Shown here in pieces: positions 40,896 to 49,119 of a DNA stretch of 64,000 nucleotides; the first letter of the stretch is position 1; each line of letters starts with the position of its first letter. Source of the DNA: an uncultured virus (IMG/VR IMGVR_UViG_3300008266_000011) (taxonomy: Duplodnaviria > Heunggongvirae > Uroviricota > Caudoviricetes); IMG/VR virus record IMGVR_UViG_3300008266_000011. The stretch is one strand, 5' to 3'. Under the pieces are notes generated by a model. It searched no databases, was not told where the DNA came from, and worked only from the letters and a program-made list of their open reading frames with translations. The position numbers and the translations under genes were made by a program.

Positions 40896-41978
40896 CTAGA
40901 TAGTCTTGAACTTAAACTTCTTAGCCATCTTGTTGTATGCCTTCTTGATGTCAGCAACAGCCTTTGTGAGGGCGGTCACTTGTGCAGTCAATTCGGCAAT
41001 TGCTTTGTCAGAAGCAGCCTTGGCAACAGCAGCGTCAGCAGCAGCCTTATCGGCAGCGGCCTTAGCATCTGCAGCGGCTTTGGCAGCAGCAGCATCTGCA
41101 GCAGCCTTGGCAGTTGCAGCAGCAGCGGTTGCAATTGCAGCATCAGCAGCACGAGCCGTCTTTTCAGCGGCTAGGTCAGCCTTTGCTTTTGCAATGTCAG
41201 CAGCAAGACCTGCATTGATTGTTGCAAGGTCAGCAATATCAATAAATGCAGTCTTTGTTTTAGCGGCAGCAGCAAAGCCAGTCACATCAGTTGCAGTGAC
41301 AGCAAGTGCTACAGCAGCACGTCCAGCAGTTGCTGGGAATGTTAGGGCGACTTCTGTTGTGCCGTCTGCTGCAGTAGCAGCGATAGTTCCAACAGTTAGA
41401 CCAACAGCAGCAGCGGTTGGTGTTACGCCTGCAACAGCATTACCAAATGCATCGGTGACCTTTGCAATTACTTTTGTAGAGGAAGATGTATTAGCGCTAG
41501 CGGCTGGTTCAAATGCCAAGTTATAGGCTGCACCAGCAGTTCCCTTTACATAATAGATAAAGGAGTTGCCTTTGCTTGTGATAGTTACAGAGCCAAGAGC
41601 GGTTGTCTTTGTAAAGACATAGAAGTCAACGGTAGTTCCAGTTCCGGTGCTTACAGAGTATGAAGCAGCGCCTGCAGAGGCGGTTACTGGAGCAGTGGTG
41701 GTTGCAAGAGCAGGAACAATGAATGCGTTAACAGTAACTACTGAAACAACAGTTCCAGTTTCAATTCCAGTTAGTGCAAATTTAACAGCGTCTGCTGCAT
41801 CTACAGAGTTATCTGCAGGAACAGTTACAGTTGCTGGTGTGTTAGCCACAGTAGCGGTTGTTACAGCAGTTCCATTTATAGACACTGCAATAGTTGGGAC
41901 GTTTGCTGATGCTGGGGCTACTGAGAGGAAAGAACCTGCTAATGCTGCAGCAACTAGCAGAGATAGTTTCTTAATCAA
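40896..41978 (-). CDS. Secreted Ig-like protein with Ala-rich coiled-coil C-terminus
   Basis: Signal peptide ending APASA; VTDAFGNAV Big-like motif. Confidence 0.65.
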   Translation of the reverse strand: MIKKLSLLVAAALAGSFLSVAPASANVPTIAVSINGTAVTTATVANTPATVTVPADNSVDAADAVKFALTGIETGTVVSVVTVNAFIVPALATTTAPVTASAGAASYSVSTGTGTTVDFYVFTKTTALGSVTITSKGNSFIYYVKGTAGAAYNLAFEPAASANTSSSTKVIAKVTDAFGNAVAGVTPTAAAVGLTVGTIAATAADGTTEVALTFPATAGRAAVALAVTATDVTGFAAAAKTKTAFIDIADLATINAGLAADIAKAKADLAAEKTARAADAAIATAAAATAKAAADAAAAKAAADAKAAADKAAADAAVAKAASDKAIAELTAQVTALTKAVADIKKAYNKMAKKFKFKTI

Positions 41979-42064
41979 GGAGTCTCCTTAGTTCGTGAAT
42001 GAAAGATGGGCAGTTTTTGCGTGCTCATGCCCAGGAGCCTCTTATTAAATTGTGCTTGCGAAGG

Positions 42065-42559
42065 TTACTGGATATCTATGGTTCTTGGCTTCTTATGCTC
42101 AGGAATTTCTCGTTCTAAGCGAATTGACAGGATTCCATCTCTCATTGAGGCTGAGATGACCTTAACGTCATCTGCCAGAGCGAAGTTCTGTTCAAAGTCA
42201 CGAGCGGCTATACCTTTGTGAACATAGTCAGCGGCATCAGAATCCTTCTTACCTGTAACAGTAAGTTGATTCTCTTTGTAGACGATGTCGATGTCTTCTT
42301 TAGTGAAGCCAGCGGCAGCAATCTCGATTAGATAAGTCTCTTCGTCATCAATCTGGATAATGTTGTATGGGGGATACGTTGATTTGCTTGCATTACGCAA
42401 CTCCTCAAGAAGTTGGAAGTGTCTGTCAAATCCGACAGTCCAAGAACTTAAGAATGGATTGAGAAGTTGAAATGGGTCGGTTGGTTTATTTACAGGGTTT
42501 CCGTAATTGTAATCTGGATATTTTTTGTATTGCTTTTTAGATACTTCATAGGGTGTCAT
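42065..42559 (-). CDS. Small heat-shock protein (Hsp20/IbpA-like)
   Basis: YPPYNI, A.AGF..EDI, HKGIA.R.F...F.L, DGIL.I.L. Confidence 0.95.
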   Translation of the reverse strand: MTPYEVSKKQYKKYPDYNYGNPVNKPTDPFQLLNPFLSSWTVGFDRHFQLLEELRNASKSTYPPYNIIQIDDEETYLIEIAAAGFTKEDIDIVYKENQLTVTGKKDSDAADYVHKGIAARDFEQNFALADDVKVISASMRDGILSIRLEREIPEHKKPRTIDIQ

Positions 42560-42649
42560 AATCTCTCCTTAGACGAGACTAGGTTTAATGGCTCCCGAAT
42601 GGCAAGCCATATAAGTAACAATAGCAGACTGTGATTTATTTCACAGAAG

Positions 42650-43201
42650 TTACTTCTTGTACTGTTGCTCTATCTGAAACGGCCCAGAAGTATTTACATC
42701 TATCTTCTCAGCAACAGCCATGGCCTTTTCTGGCTTTACTCCGCCATATAAAGCGCCCAAAGCATATGGAGAACCAGAGCCAACGCCATAGAACCCTGCA
42801 TCTGACATACAGACCGATAAGTCATCGGCAATATCAAATATCTGACCATTAGCGGCAACTAACAAATTGAACCTGGATTCACCAGATTTACCATCAGATT
42901 TGCCCTCATCAAAGTCGTAGCCATTAGTCTCTAGGCATTTACGAAGTGATGGCATCAATTTAGCAATAACAAAGTGATATGTATCTTTTCTATCTTTGGC
43001 AGTCATAGCAGGTGGATTCCATAGATGTTGTGCGATATCGCATGGTGCAACTTCACCAGAACCTGCAACAAGATAATCGCCGACCTTGCTAATCTTCTTC
43101 ATATCTGGATGTTTGTAACGGCGCCCACCATCAAGTGTTACTTGATTGTCTGCCATAAACAAGCAGTGGTCCTCGTATTGGACTCCAATGATTGTTGTCA
43201 T
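42650..43201 (-). CDS. HslV/proteasome-like Ntn-hydrolase peptidase
   Basis: Start MTTII (N-terminal Thr nucleophile), D.QVT, KI, GSGS.YALGAL, D.NT.GP. Confidence 0.8.
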   Translation of the reverse strand: MTTIIGVQYEDHCLFMADNQVTLDGGRRYKHPDMKKISKVGDYLVAGSGEVAPCDIAQHLWNPPAMTAKDRKDTYHFVIAKLMPSLRKCLETNGYDFDEGKSDGKSGESRFNLLVAANGQIFDIADDLSVCMSDAGFYGVGSGSPYALGALYGGVKPEKAMAVAEKIDVNTSGPFQIEQQYKK

Positions 43202-43390
43202 GGTCTTCCCTTCGCTTAGGGCTAAGGATACCAAATGGCCCTAGAGGGACTCCAACCTAAAGAGATGTCCGTTTTGCGCCCTTTGAATGCTTTTTCTTCC
43301 TTGTATAGACCTTCTTAGAGGGAATGGGGGTAGCAGCGCTAGAGCGCCTCAACTCCTGGACCTTCTTGACCCTGGCAGGATTGGGGCTCT

Positions 43391-43834
43391 TCATCCCTCT
43401 TCAGCCCAACGTTTGCGTCTCTTTTCAGGGGTCTCTTTAACTCTTTCAAGGATTTTATTGTCTGTAACTATAACGGGATGATTATGCATCGCCTCTAAAC
43501 TTTCGACCTTGAAGCCCTTCTTAGATACATAGATATTGGGGATATCTTTTGCAAGACGCAAGTTCTTCTTTACTGGGTCATTTCTCCATGGCTCTGTCTC
43601 TGCATGCATTTCCTTTGCATCAACAGGACTGACTTTGTAGAGATAAGTAAATAATGACTTTGGGTCTCTAGTGTAGTCGCGTTCAGCATCTAGGTGCGAG
43701 AAGTTATCTGCATACGCTCTATCTGTCGTAGCGTGAGCATGGTCCATCTCCATTGGCTTAATAATATCGCCCTTGTTAAATGGATGACTAGAACCATGAA
43801 ACAATGGTTGAGATAAGTTATCTGATGCGCTCAT
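43391..43834 (-). CDS. ADP-ribosyltransferase-like (Arr-type fold), tagged
   Basis: MSASDNLSQPLFHGS...GDIIKP...AHATT...LYKV.P. Confidence 0.6.
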   Translation of the reverse strand: MSASDNLSQPLFHGSSHPFNKGDIIKPMEMDHAHATTDRAYADNFSHLDAERDYTRDPKSLFTYLYKVSPVDAKEMHAETEPWRNDPVKKNLRLAKDIPNIYVSKKGFKVESLEAMHNHPVIVTDNKILERVKETPEKRRKRWAEEG

Positions 43835-44259
43835 GCCTTCATCTCTCTAGGCGGGTTGTACTTACGGGTACGTGACTTCAATTGTGTGCCACTGTTTATA
43901 TTATCTTTCACGTTATAGACACGACGGTGCTTAGTAACACCAGTTACTCTAACCTTTGCGCCCTCTTGAACTGGGACCTCCTTCTCACCAAATGGGTCCT
44001 TGTTTCCAAAGTTTGCAAATCCTCTATCACGTAGTCGAGTAAAGTCAGTCTCTACAGCAGATACAGGAATCTGGGCATGATATGTCTCGCCTCGTTCCCA
44101 ATTAGGCCAGTGGATATGCTTTGTAGCGAATTCGTCGGCCTTGTCTCTGTCAGCAGACCAGTGCATGCCCAACTCGCCCTTGTCGACTGTCTCTTTACCT
44201 TTGAAGCGCAGGCCGCGATGTGCCTCAAAGAACAACTCGTTAGATAGTGGAGAACTCAT
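43831..44259 (-). CDS. ADP-ribosyltransferase-like (R-S-ExE type), tagged
   Basis: Start refined to MSSPLSNELFFEAHRG; GMHWS; EKEV. Confidence 0.55.
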   Translation of the reverse strand: MSSPLSNELFFEAHRGLRFKGKETVDKGELGMHWSADRDKADEFATKHIHWPNWERGETYHAQIPVSAVETDFTRLRDRGFANFGNKDPFGEKEVPVQEGAKVRVTGVTKHRRVYNVKDNINSGTQLKSRTRKYNPPREMKA

Positions 44260-44453
44260 ATGCTCCACCAGCCACGTATGGTGCCGCCTTGTGGACAGAT
44301 GTTCCAATCCGCTTTGCCATCTGCAATCCATTGCTTATGTGCAAGATTAACTGTCGTCCAATTAGTCTCATGCGTATCGCGCCCGCACGCGAGGCATACT
44401 TCCGCCCCGATATCTTTATACACATGTTCGCAGGTCAGAGTTAAGTTACTCAT
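44256..44453 (-). CDS. Small zinc-binding protein
   Basis: MSNLTLTCEH...CLACG; coupled on both sides. Confidence 0.55.
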   Translation of the reverse strand: MSNLTLTCEHVYKDIGAEVCLACGRDTHETNWTTVNLAHKQWIADGKADWNICPQGGTIRGWWSI

Positions 44454-44827
44454 TACTGCTCCGGAACTTCGGTACGCCGCGGTGGCAATTTACCGCCGAC
44501 TGCTTTTGCCCATACATTTCCTGTATCAGTTCTATCTTTAGAATGTTGTGGCGCCTTTATTCCAGTATCGGCTGCTAACTTATGTGCCTTCTCCCATAGA
44601 GAGGTAGCAAGACCAAGGCCACGATAGTCTTGATGAGTACGTATCCAGTCGACATTGCCACTCTTCTTATGCCAGATTATTGTTCCTAGTTGATGAGCAG
44701 GATTGGCTTCGTTATATGCGGAAAGAGTATGCATTGAATCTCTGCCTTCTGGTGGAAAATATCTAAATTGAACGCCTGATAAGTTTCTTGGCTTTCTTGG
44801 GTCGGATGGCTTTGGCGTCTGCTTCAT
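44453..44827 (-). CDS. GNAT acetyltransferase-like, tagged
   Basis: HQDYRGLGLATSLW...HS.DRT..G..WA; RNLSGVQF. Confidence 0.75.
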   Translation of the reverse strand: MKQTPKPSDPRKPRNLSGVQFRYFPPEGRDSMHTLSAYNEANPAHQLGTIIWHKKSGNVDWIRTHQDYRGLGLATSLWEKAHKLAADTGIKAPQHSKDRTDTGNVWAKAVGGKLPPRRTEVPEQ

Positions 44828-45327
44828 GTCACATCTCTTCTTAAAGCACGAGAAATCTTTTTGCTGAATGGTCTTGTCTTCTTGCCCTCTGTATACAGGT
44901 CAGCATGTTCGGCAGGAGTGCTAAGTGTCCTAAAGCCTTTCATACCACTGCGCTCTTGAAACTTCTTTAGCGGCTCTATTAGAGGCATATCTGCAGTCTT
45001 ATCGAATTGTCTATGAGTTAGGTCTACAGCATGCATGCCCTCCGTTGTGGGCACGTGATGTATGAAGTGGTTGCTATACCAGTCTGCTTCGTTAGTTGAT
45101 TTTGGATTATAGTGCTTACCACCGTATACAGCCACGTGAGAGCCGTGAGGCATGCTTCCATGTACTAGACAGGTAGCGTCATAACATTGACCACCTGGTT
45201 CTCTTTGAATGCTCTCCATAGTTGTCTTGTATGGAGTATCTTTAATTGCGCCCTTAACATGTTCTGTTAATTCTTTTGGCGTCATGATTAGTGGGTCTTG
45301 TACCCATTGCTTACCTAGGTTACTCAT
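44824..45327 (-). CDS. Cys-His-Asp (papain/transglutaminase-like) enzyme, tagged
   Basis: Start refined to MSNLGKQW; GQCYDA...NHF...VDLT.RQFD. Confidence 0.5.
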   Translation of the reverse strand: MSNLGKQWVQDPLIMTPKELTEHVKGAIKDTPYKTTMESIQREPGGQCYDATCLVHGSMPHGSHVAVYGGKHYNPKSTNEADWYSNHFIHHVPTTEGMHAVDLTHRQFDKTADMPLIEPLKKFQERSGMKGFRTLSTPAEHADLYTEGKKTRPFSKKISRALRRDVT

Positions 45328-45644
45328 AAGTCTTCTTCCTCTACCACGTTCTCTGGTGGCTTCTCTGCTAATCCTTTGCGATAGAGGGACCAAGACCAAT
45401 CATCTCCTGCTTGAGAACGAGTCATTGAATGACTTGGATTAAGGCCAACTTCTTGGGCGTGCTTCCACATTCCTGTGGCGATTCCTTTATTTTGGTGTTC
45501 TTCTTTAACGTAGACATCTTCTACTACACCACTGTCTTTACCTAAGTGCAGCCAACCTACTGGTTCATTTTTTAAATGGGCAGAAACTGTATTGATTTGA
45601 CCATCGGTTTGATGTTTAAATTGAATTGGAGATAAGTTACTCAT
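45324..45644 (-). CDS. GNAT acetyltransferase-like, tagged
   Basis: MSNLSPIQF; V.EEHQNKGIATGMW...HS..RS.AG..W. Confidence 0.75.
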   Translation of the reverse strand: MSNLSPIQFKHQTDGQINTVSAHLKNEPVGWLHLGKDSGVVEDVYVKEEHQNKGIATGMWKHAQEVGLNPSHSMTRSQAGDDWSWSLYRKGLAEKPPENVVEEEDL

Positions 45645-46180
45645 CAGTCCCTACTAAAATCAATCATGCCCTGCATTTGTCGGGCGCTTAATAAACGACC
45701 ACGTTTTGGCAATTCTCCGCCAATCTTCTTGGCCCACTCTTCTCCCTCTTTGGTTCTCATGCTTGAATGCTTTGGTTCTGGAATTCCCATATCAGAGCGC
45801 TCTTTTGCGTAGTTCCATAACTTTGTTGCAAGTCCTTTACGGCGATAATCTGGATGCGTTTCTACGCCTTGTACTTTGCCTTCGGCATCAAGGTTCATAT
45901 TAGCGAGCATCTTGCCGCTCTTCTTATCACTTAATATAAAGAAGTGAGGATGCTGTCTAGTGAAGTAGTGATGATAATCAATACGATGCTCTTCATCTTC
46001 TGCAGAGTGGCTATATGGTTGACCTGGATGTTTTGTTTGGACATGTTCTACATATCTGTCGCCAAAGAATCTAGCAGGGCAATGAGGACAGGCTAACCCT
46101 GGAAAACGCATAAGCGTCCGACCATTCTCCATCCTTGGGATTGGAGCGTCACCGCCGTGTGCTACAGATTCGTCGCTCAT
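45644..46180 (-). CDS. C2H2 zinc finger plus GNAT acetyltransferase-like
   Basis: CPHC...HVQTKH; HPDYRRKGLATKLW...HS.MRT.EG..WA. Confidence 0.75.
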   Translation of the reverse strand: MSDESVAHGGDAPIPRMENGRTLMRFPGLACPHCPARFFGDRYVEHVQTKHPGQPYSHSAEDEEHRIDYHHYFTRQHPHFFILSDKKSGKMLANMNLDAEGKVQGVETHPDYRRKGLATKLWNYAKERSDMGIPEPKHSSMRTKEGEEWAKKIGGELPKRGRLLSARQMQGMIDFSRD

Positions 46181-46632
46181 TGGTAACCTCTATCCTGCTT
46201 TGCTTGTTCGAGACTGTCGAAATATTTTACTGGGAAGATATGGCTTTTGAATTGTTCATTTGATAGGGCCACTCTATGGTGACCTCCAAGTATCTCTGGG
46301 GCATACGCATCTATTGAAACAAATCCTTCAGGGGCGCCCTTCTTCTTTGTTATTGATTCAAGAGATTCTTTTGGCTGAATTCCTTGGCGACGAAGAATTG
46401 GTTCATTGATGCTACGTCCAGGTTGAAATGCATCTTTGCCAAAACGTTCTTCACCAGTCATCTTGGCTTCTTTTAACTTGCGTTGCCAGGTATCTGTAGA
46501 GTATTCGTGTTCTTCTATATCTCCAGAGTAAACGCGATGGTTCTTTATAATCTCTGGTCCAGTCATGAACATGGGGCGATAACCAGATTCGATGGCCTTT
46601 GTTAAATCTTTGGGCGGATTACGACGCTTCAT
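46177..46632 (-). CDS. ParB/Srx-like domain protein
   Basis: L.SI.K.G...ILGGHHRV. Confidence 0.55.
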   Translation of the reverse strand: MKRRNPPKDLTKAIESGYRPMFMTGPEIIKNHRVYSGDIEEHEYSTDTWQRKLKEAKMTGEERFGKDAFQPGRSINEPILRRQGIQPKESLESITKKKGAPEGFVSIDAYAPEILGGHHRVALSNEQFKSHIFPVKYFDSLEQAKQDRGYQ

Positions 46633-47102
46633 GCTGTCATCTGCCTTGGTGGGTTGTATCTGCGAGTACGTGGCTTTGTTTTTACTTCTTTTGATATTCC
46701 AGGTATTGCACTTGGCGCTTGACTTGGGCGTTCTATTCTTCGATATTTTGTTCTACCTGTCACCAGTACAGGTGCGCCAGGGCGAACTGATATCTCTTTC
46801 TCGTGTTCAGCAAGGCCGCGAAATTGTGCGCTAGAAGAGTTAGGGTCAAAGACGCCACGAGAACCTAAAACTTTTCTACTAGTCTCTACAGAACTTATAG
46901 GCACCTTGGCATGGATTACTGTATTTGGTTGAGGCCTATCTGAAGCATGCCAGACATTTGGGGTATATCTCTTTCCGCCACCAGAGAAGCCGAATGCTAC
47001 AGATTTATCTGCAGACCAGTGCATACCTAGTCCACGGTCTTTACTGGGAGAATCTTTTAATCCTCTATGGGCTTCAAAAAATAATTCGTTAGAGATGCTC
47101 AT
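46629..47102 (-). CDS. ADP-ribosyltransferase-like (R-S-ExE type), paralog of 43831-44259
   Basis: MSISNELFFEAHRG, GMHWSAD, EKEI, RTRRYNPPR. Confidence 0.55.
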   Translation of the reverse strand: MSISNELFFEAHRGLKDSPSKDRGLGMHWSADKSVAFGFSGGGKRYTPNVWHASDRPQPNTVIHAKVPISSVETSRKVLGSRGVFDPNSSSAQFRGLAEHEKEISVRPGAPVLVTGRTKYRRIERPSQAPSAIPGISKEVKTKPRTRRYNPPRQMTA

Positions 47103-47383
47103 GCTTCACCTACTATCTTGAATCCTGTAGGAGAGCCGTAATTAACTTCTCCCTCATAATAAGGATGTTCTCCAGAAATCATGTCTTTTGCTGGTTCAAC
47201 TTGATAAATTTTTAATGGGCCGACTTCTCCAAATGGCATCTTTGTACTGCCATACTCTTTTGCAGCATCTCTTGATGTAGTTGCCCAGGCTAATCCTCTG
47301 CTATCAGGCAGAATATGGGTTCCCTTGATAACGGCCTTAGTTCCGTGGAACAATGCTTTAGAGAGATTATCAGAGGCTGCCAT
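47099..47383 (-). CDS. ADP-ribosyltransferase-like (Arr-type fold), tagged
   Basis: MAASDNLSKALFHGT...AWATT...IYQVEP. Confidence 0.6.
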   Translation of the reverse strand: MAASDNLSKALFHGTKAVIKGTHILPDSRGLAWATTSRDAAKEYGSTKMPFGEVGPLKIYQVEPAKDMISGEHPYYEGEVNYGSPTGFKIVGEA

Positions 47384-47410
47384 ACGCCAAGTATGAGGCC
47401 ATTACTGAGA
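47384..47410 (-). promoter_or_regulatory. Leaderless promoter
   Basis: CAGTAATGGCCT-CATACT-6 nt-ATG. Confidence 0.6.
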
Positions 47411-47423
47411 AAATTTGGGTTGA

Positions 47424-47870
47424 TTAAGAAAACTGCTGAGGATTAAGGTTATTGCTCTTCATTAAGCCCTCAAATCTTTCGCCTAACTCCTTGTCATGAG
47501 TCTCAGTATGTTGACGATAGTGGTCTAGTTCAGAACGAAGTTTTGGCATATGTCTAGAAAACGCCTTAGTAATGGGATGCTTTTCACCTAAGTTGTAATG
47601 CGCTACCTGATGACCTGACGAAAGAGCATCATAGACGTGTCCCATGTGAGTTGAGGCTTCTGAGTAGTTCCTCTCTTCATGTGCCTGATTAGCAAAAGTA
47701 TGATGCATGTTGGCTGCATCTAAATACTTTTTTAAATAGACTGAGGTAACTGCGGCATGAGTGCCCTGTGTAAGTTTGTTATTTTCTAACGAATATTGGA
47801 TACCCCCGACCAAGGCTCCGAATCTCCAGTGAGCCTTGTCTTTATCCATAGGACCGCTAAGAGGATTCAC
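47424..47870 (-). CDS. His-rich helical protein with C-terminal tag
   Basis: Ends NNLNPQQFS. Confidence 0.6.
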   Translation of the reverse strand: MNPLSGPMDKDKAHWRFGALVGGIQYSLENNKLTQGTHAAVTSVYLKKYLDAANMHHTFANQAHEERNYSEASTHMGHVYDALSSGHQVAHYNLGEKHPITKAFSRHMPKLRSELDHYRQHTETHDKELGERFEGLMKSNNLNPQQFS

Positions 47871-48050
47871 TTATTCCCCTTCGTAACCTCTGTTATAAGA
47901 ACTTTCGTACTCATCAAAGTCACGTTCACTGGCGCCAAATTTGTGAGGAATCTTCAAAGCCTCAGAGAGGTCTTCGCCATAAGGCAACTTGGAAATCTCA
48001 TCAGGGTTGTTGTAATCCTCAAACTGAGGACCTAGGTTTCTGTTTGACAT
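47871..48050 (-). CDS. Acidic 59-aa tagged protein (not in the ORF track)
   Basis: MSNRNLGPQFEDYNNPDEISKLPYGEDLSEALKIPHKFGASERDFDEYESSYNRGYEGE. Confidence 0.65.
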   Translation of the reverse strand: MSNRNLGPQFEDYNNPDEISKLPYGEDLSEALKIPHKFGASERDFDEYESSYNRGYEGE

Positions 48051-48075
48051 CCCCCAAGTATGAGGCTACTGCCTC
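48051..48075 (-). promoter_or_regulatory. Leaderless promoter
   Basis: AGGCAGTAGCCT-CATACT-6 nt-ATG. Confidence 0.6.
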
Positions 48076-48094
48076 AAAAAGTTAGCGTGAAATC

Positions 48095-48232
48095 TTATTT
48101 CTTAGGGGAGGTAACCTTATATGGCTCTAATTTGGAGCGAATTTTGCCATCCTTATTTAATCTAACTATCCAGCCATCTTTAATCTGGGTCTTATTGAAT
48201 CCACGATGTGGTTTAAATTTGCCGCTACTCAC
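48095..48232 (-). CDS. Small basic protein
   Basis: SD GGAGG before GTG; SSGKFKPHRGFN.TQIKDGWIVRL.KDG. Confidence 0.55.
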   Translation of the reverse strand: MSSGKFKPHRGFNKTQIKDGWIVRLNKDGKIRSKLEPYKVTSPKK

Positions 48233-48406
48233 TATTCCTCCTAAATAATCCCCAATACTCGATACTGAACCAGAAGAAGCCCAAATCAACTGATGTCCAG
48301 GAGGAGTTAATCTCAAATCCGATGGCTAATCTTCTAAATGAAGAGCCGCCATATAGCCAGACCTTGCCCGCTTTAAATTCAAAACTCATAGAAAGAGCCT
48401 ACCACA

Positions 48407-48736
48407 TCAATGCTGGACATGAATCTTGCCATCCTTCATCGTTACATTGAAGCCAGATTCTTGTAGAGCATCATGTACCCGTTTATTCTGGCCCTGAAGA
48501 TACTCAGCGCTAGGTCTAGTCAATGATTCTCCTTGCCAATGAACGATAGTAGTATTCTCATCAACAGGGGTATATACAACTCCAGAGGACAAACGAGATG
48601 GTCCTCTGCCACTTATCTTCCTACGGGGGCCCAATAACTTAGGGTTCAAGGCACGAGTCAACCTGACTTGGTTGTTTTTGATGCTTCTAGCCTTCTGGAG
48701 GGCATCACCATCAAACTGCTGGCTCAGGTTGCTCAT
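48407..48736 (-). CDS. Hypothetical tagged protein
   Basis: MSNLSQQF start. Confidence 0.6.
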   Translation of the reverse strand: MSNLSQQFDGDALQKARSIKNNQVRLTRALNPKLLGPRRKISGRGPSRLSSGVVYTPVDENTTIVHWQGESLTRPSAEYLQGQNKRVHDALQESGFNVTMKDGKIHVQH

Positions 48737-49041
48737 GTGGTCTCTCGTATTTTAGCCCGTATCTCATCTGGAGATACTTCTCCCTTAACTTGAAAGCCTT
48801 CACCAGATACATAATGACTACCCTCCCATTGCATTTGCTCTGAAGAGGGGTTAACCTCGTACACACGGGAGCCATGACCAGCAGCATGTAAGATATCGGT
48901 AGTTGCATGAGCCACTTTGTAGTCTGGCTCTTGCTCTTCATCCACCGCTTTTGAGTACTTAGGGTCAACCCAGTCTCCTGGCTTCAAAACTGCATTAGTC
49001 CCGTGGAATAACCTAACGCTGAGGTTGTCTGAGGCTGCCAT
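48733..49041 (-). CDS. ADP-ribosyltransferase-like (Arr-type fold), tagged
   Basis: MAASDNLSVRLFHGT...LKPGD.V.P...AHATT...VYEV.P. Confidence 0.6.
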   Translation of the reverse strand: MAASDNLSVRLFHGTNAVLKPGDWVDPKYSKAVDEEQEPDYKVAHATTDILHAAGHGSRVYEVNPSSEQMQWEGSHYVSGEGFQVKGEVSPDEIRAKIRETT

Positions 49042-49065
49042 TAGCCCAGTTTAGGCTACTGCCTA
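49042..49065 (-). promoter_or_regulatory. Leaderless promoter
   Basis: AGGCAGTAGCC-TAAACT-6 nt-ATG. Confidence 0.6.
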
Positions 49066-49119
49066 GCCAAAAACACCTCAACCATGTGTCTCACCTGGGG
49101 GTTCTGCTGCGGTTTTTCA

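Noticed and set aside
40906..41991. 206-aa and 114-aa plus-strand ORFs
   Set aside because: Antisense shadows of an Ala-rich gene
43391..49041. Rifampicin resistance (arr) genes
   Set aside because: Only fold-level motifs match; multiple divergent paralogs in a phage effector-like array argue against calling resistance
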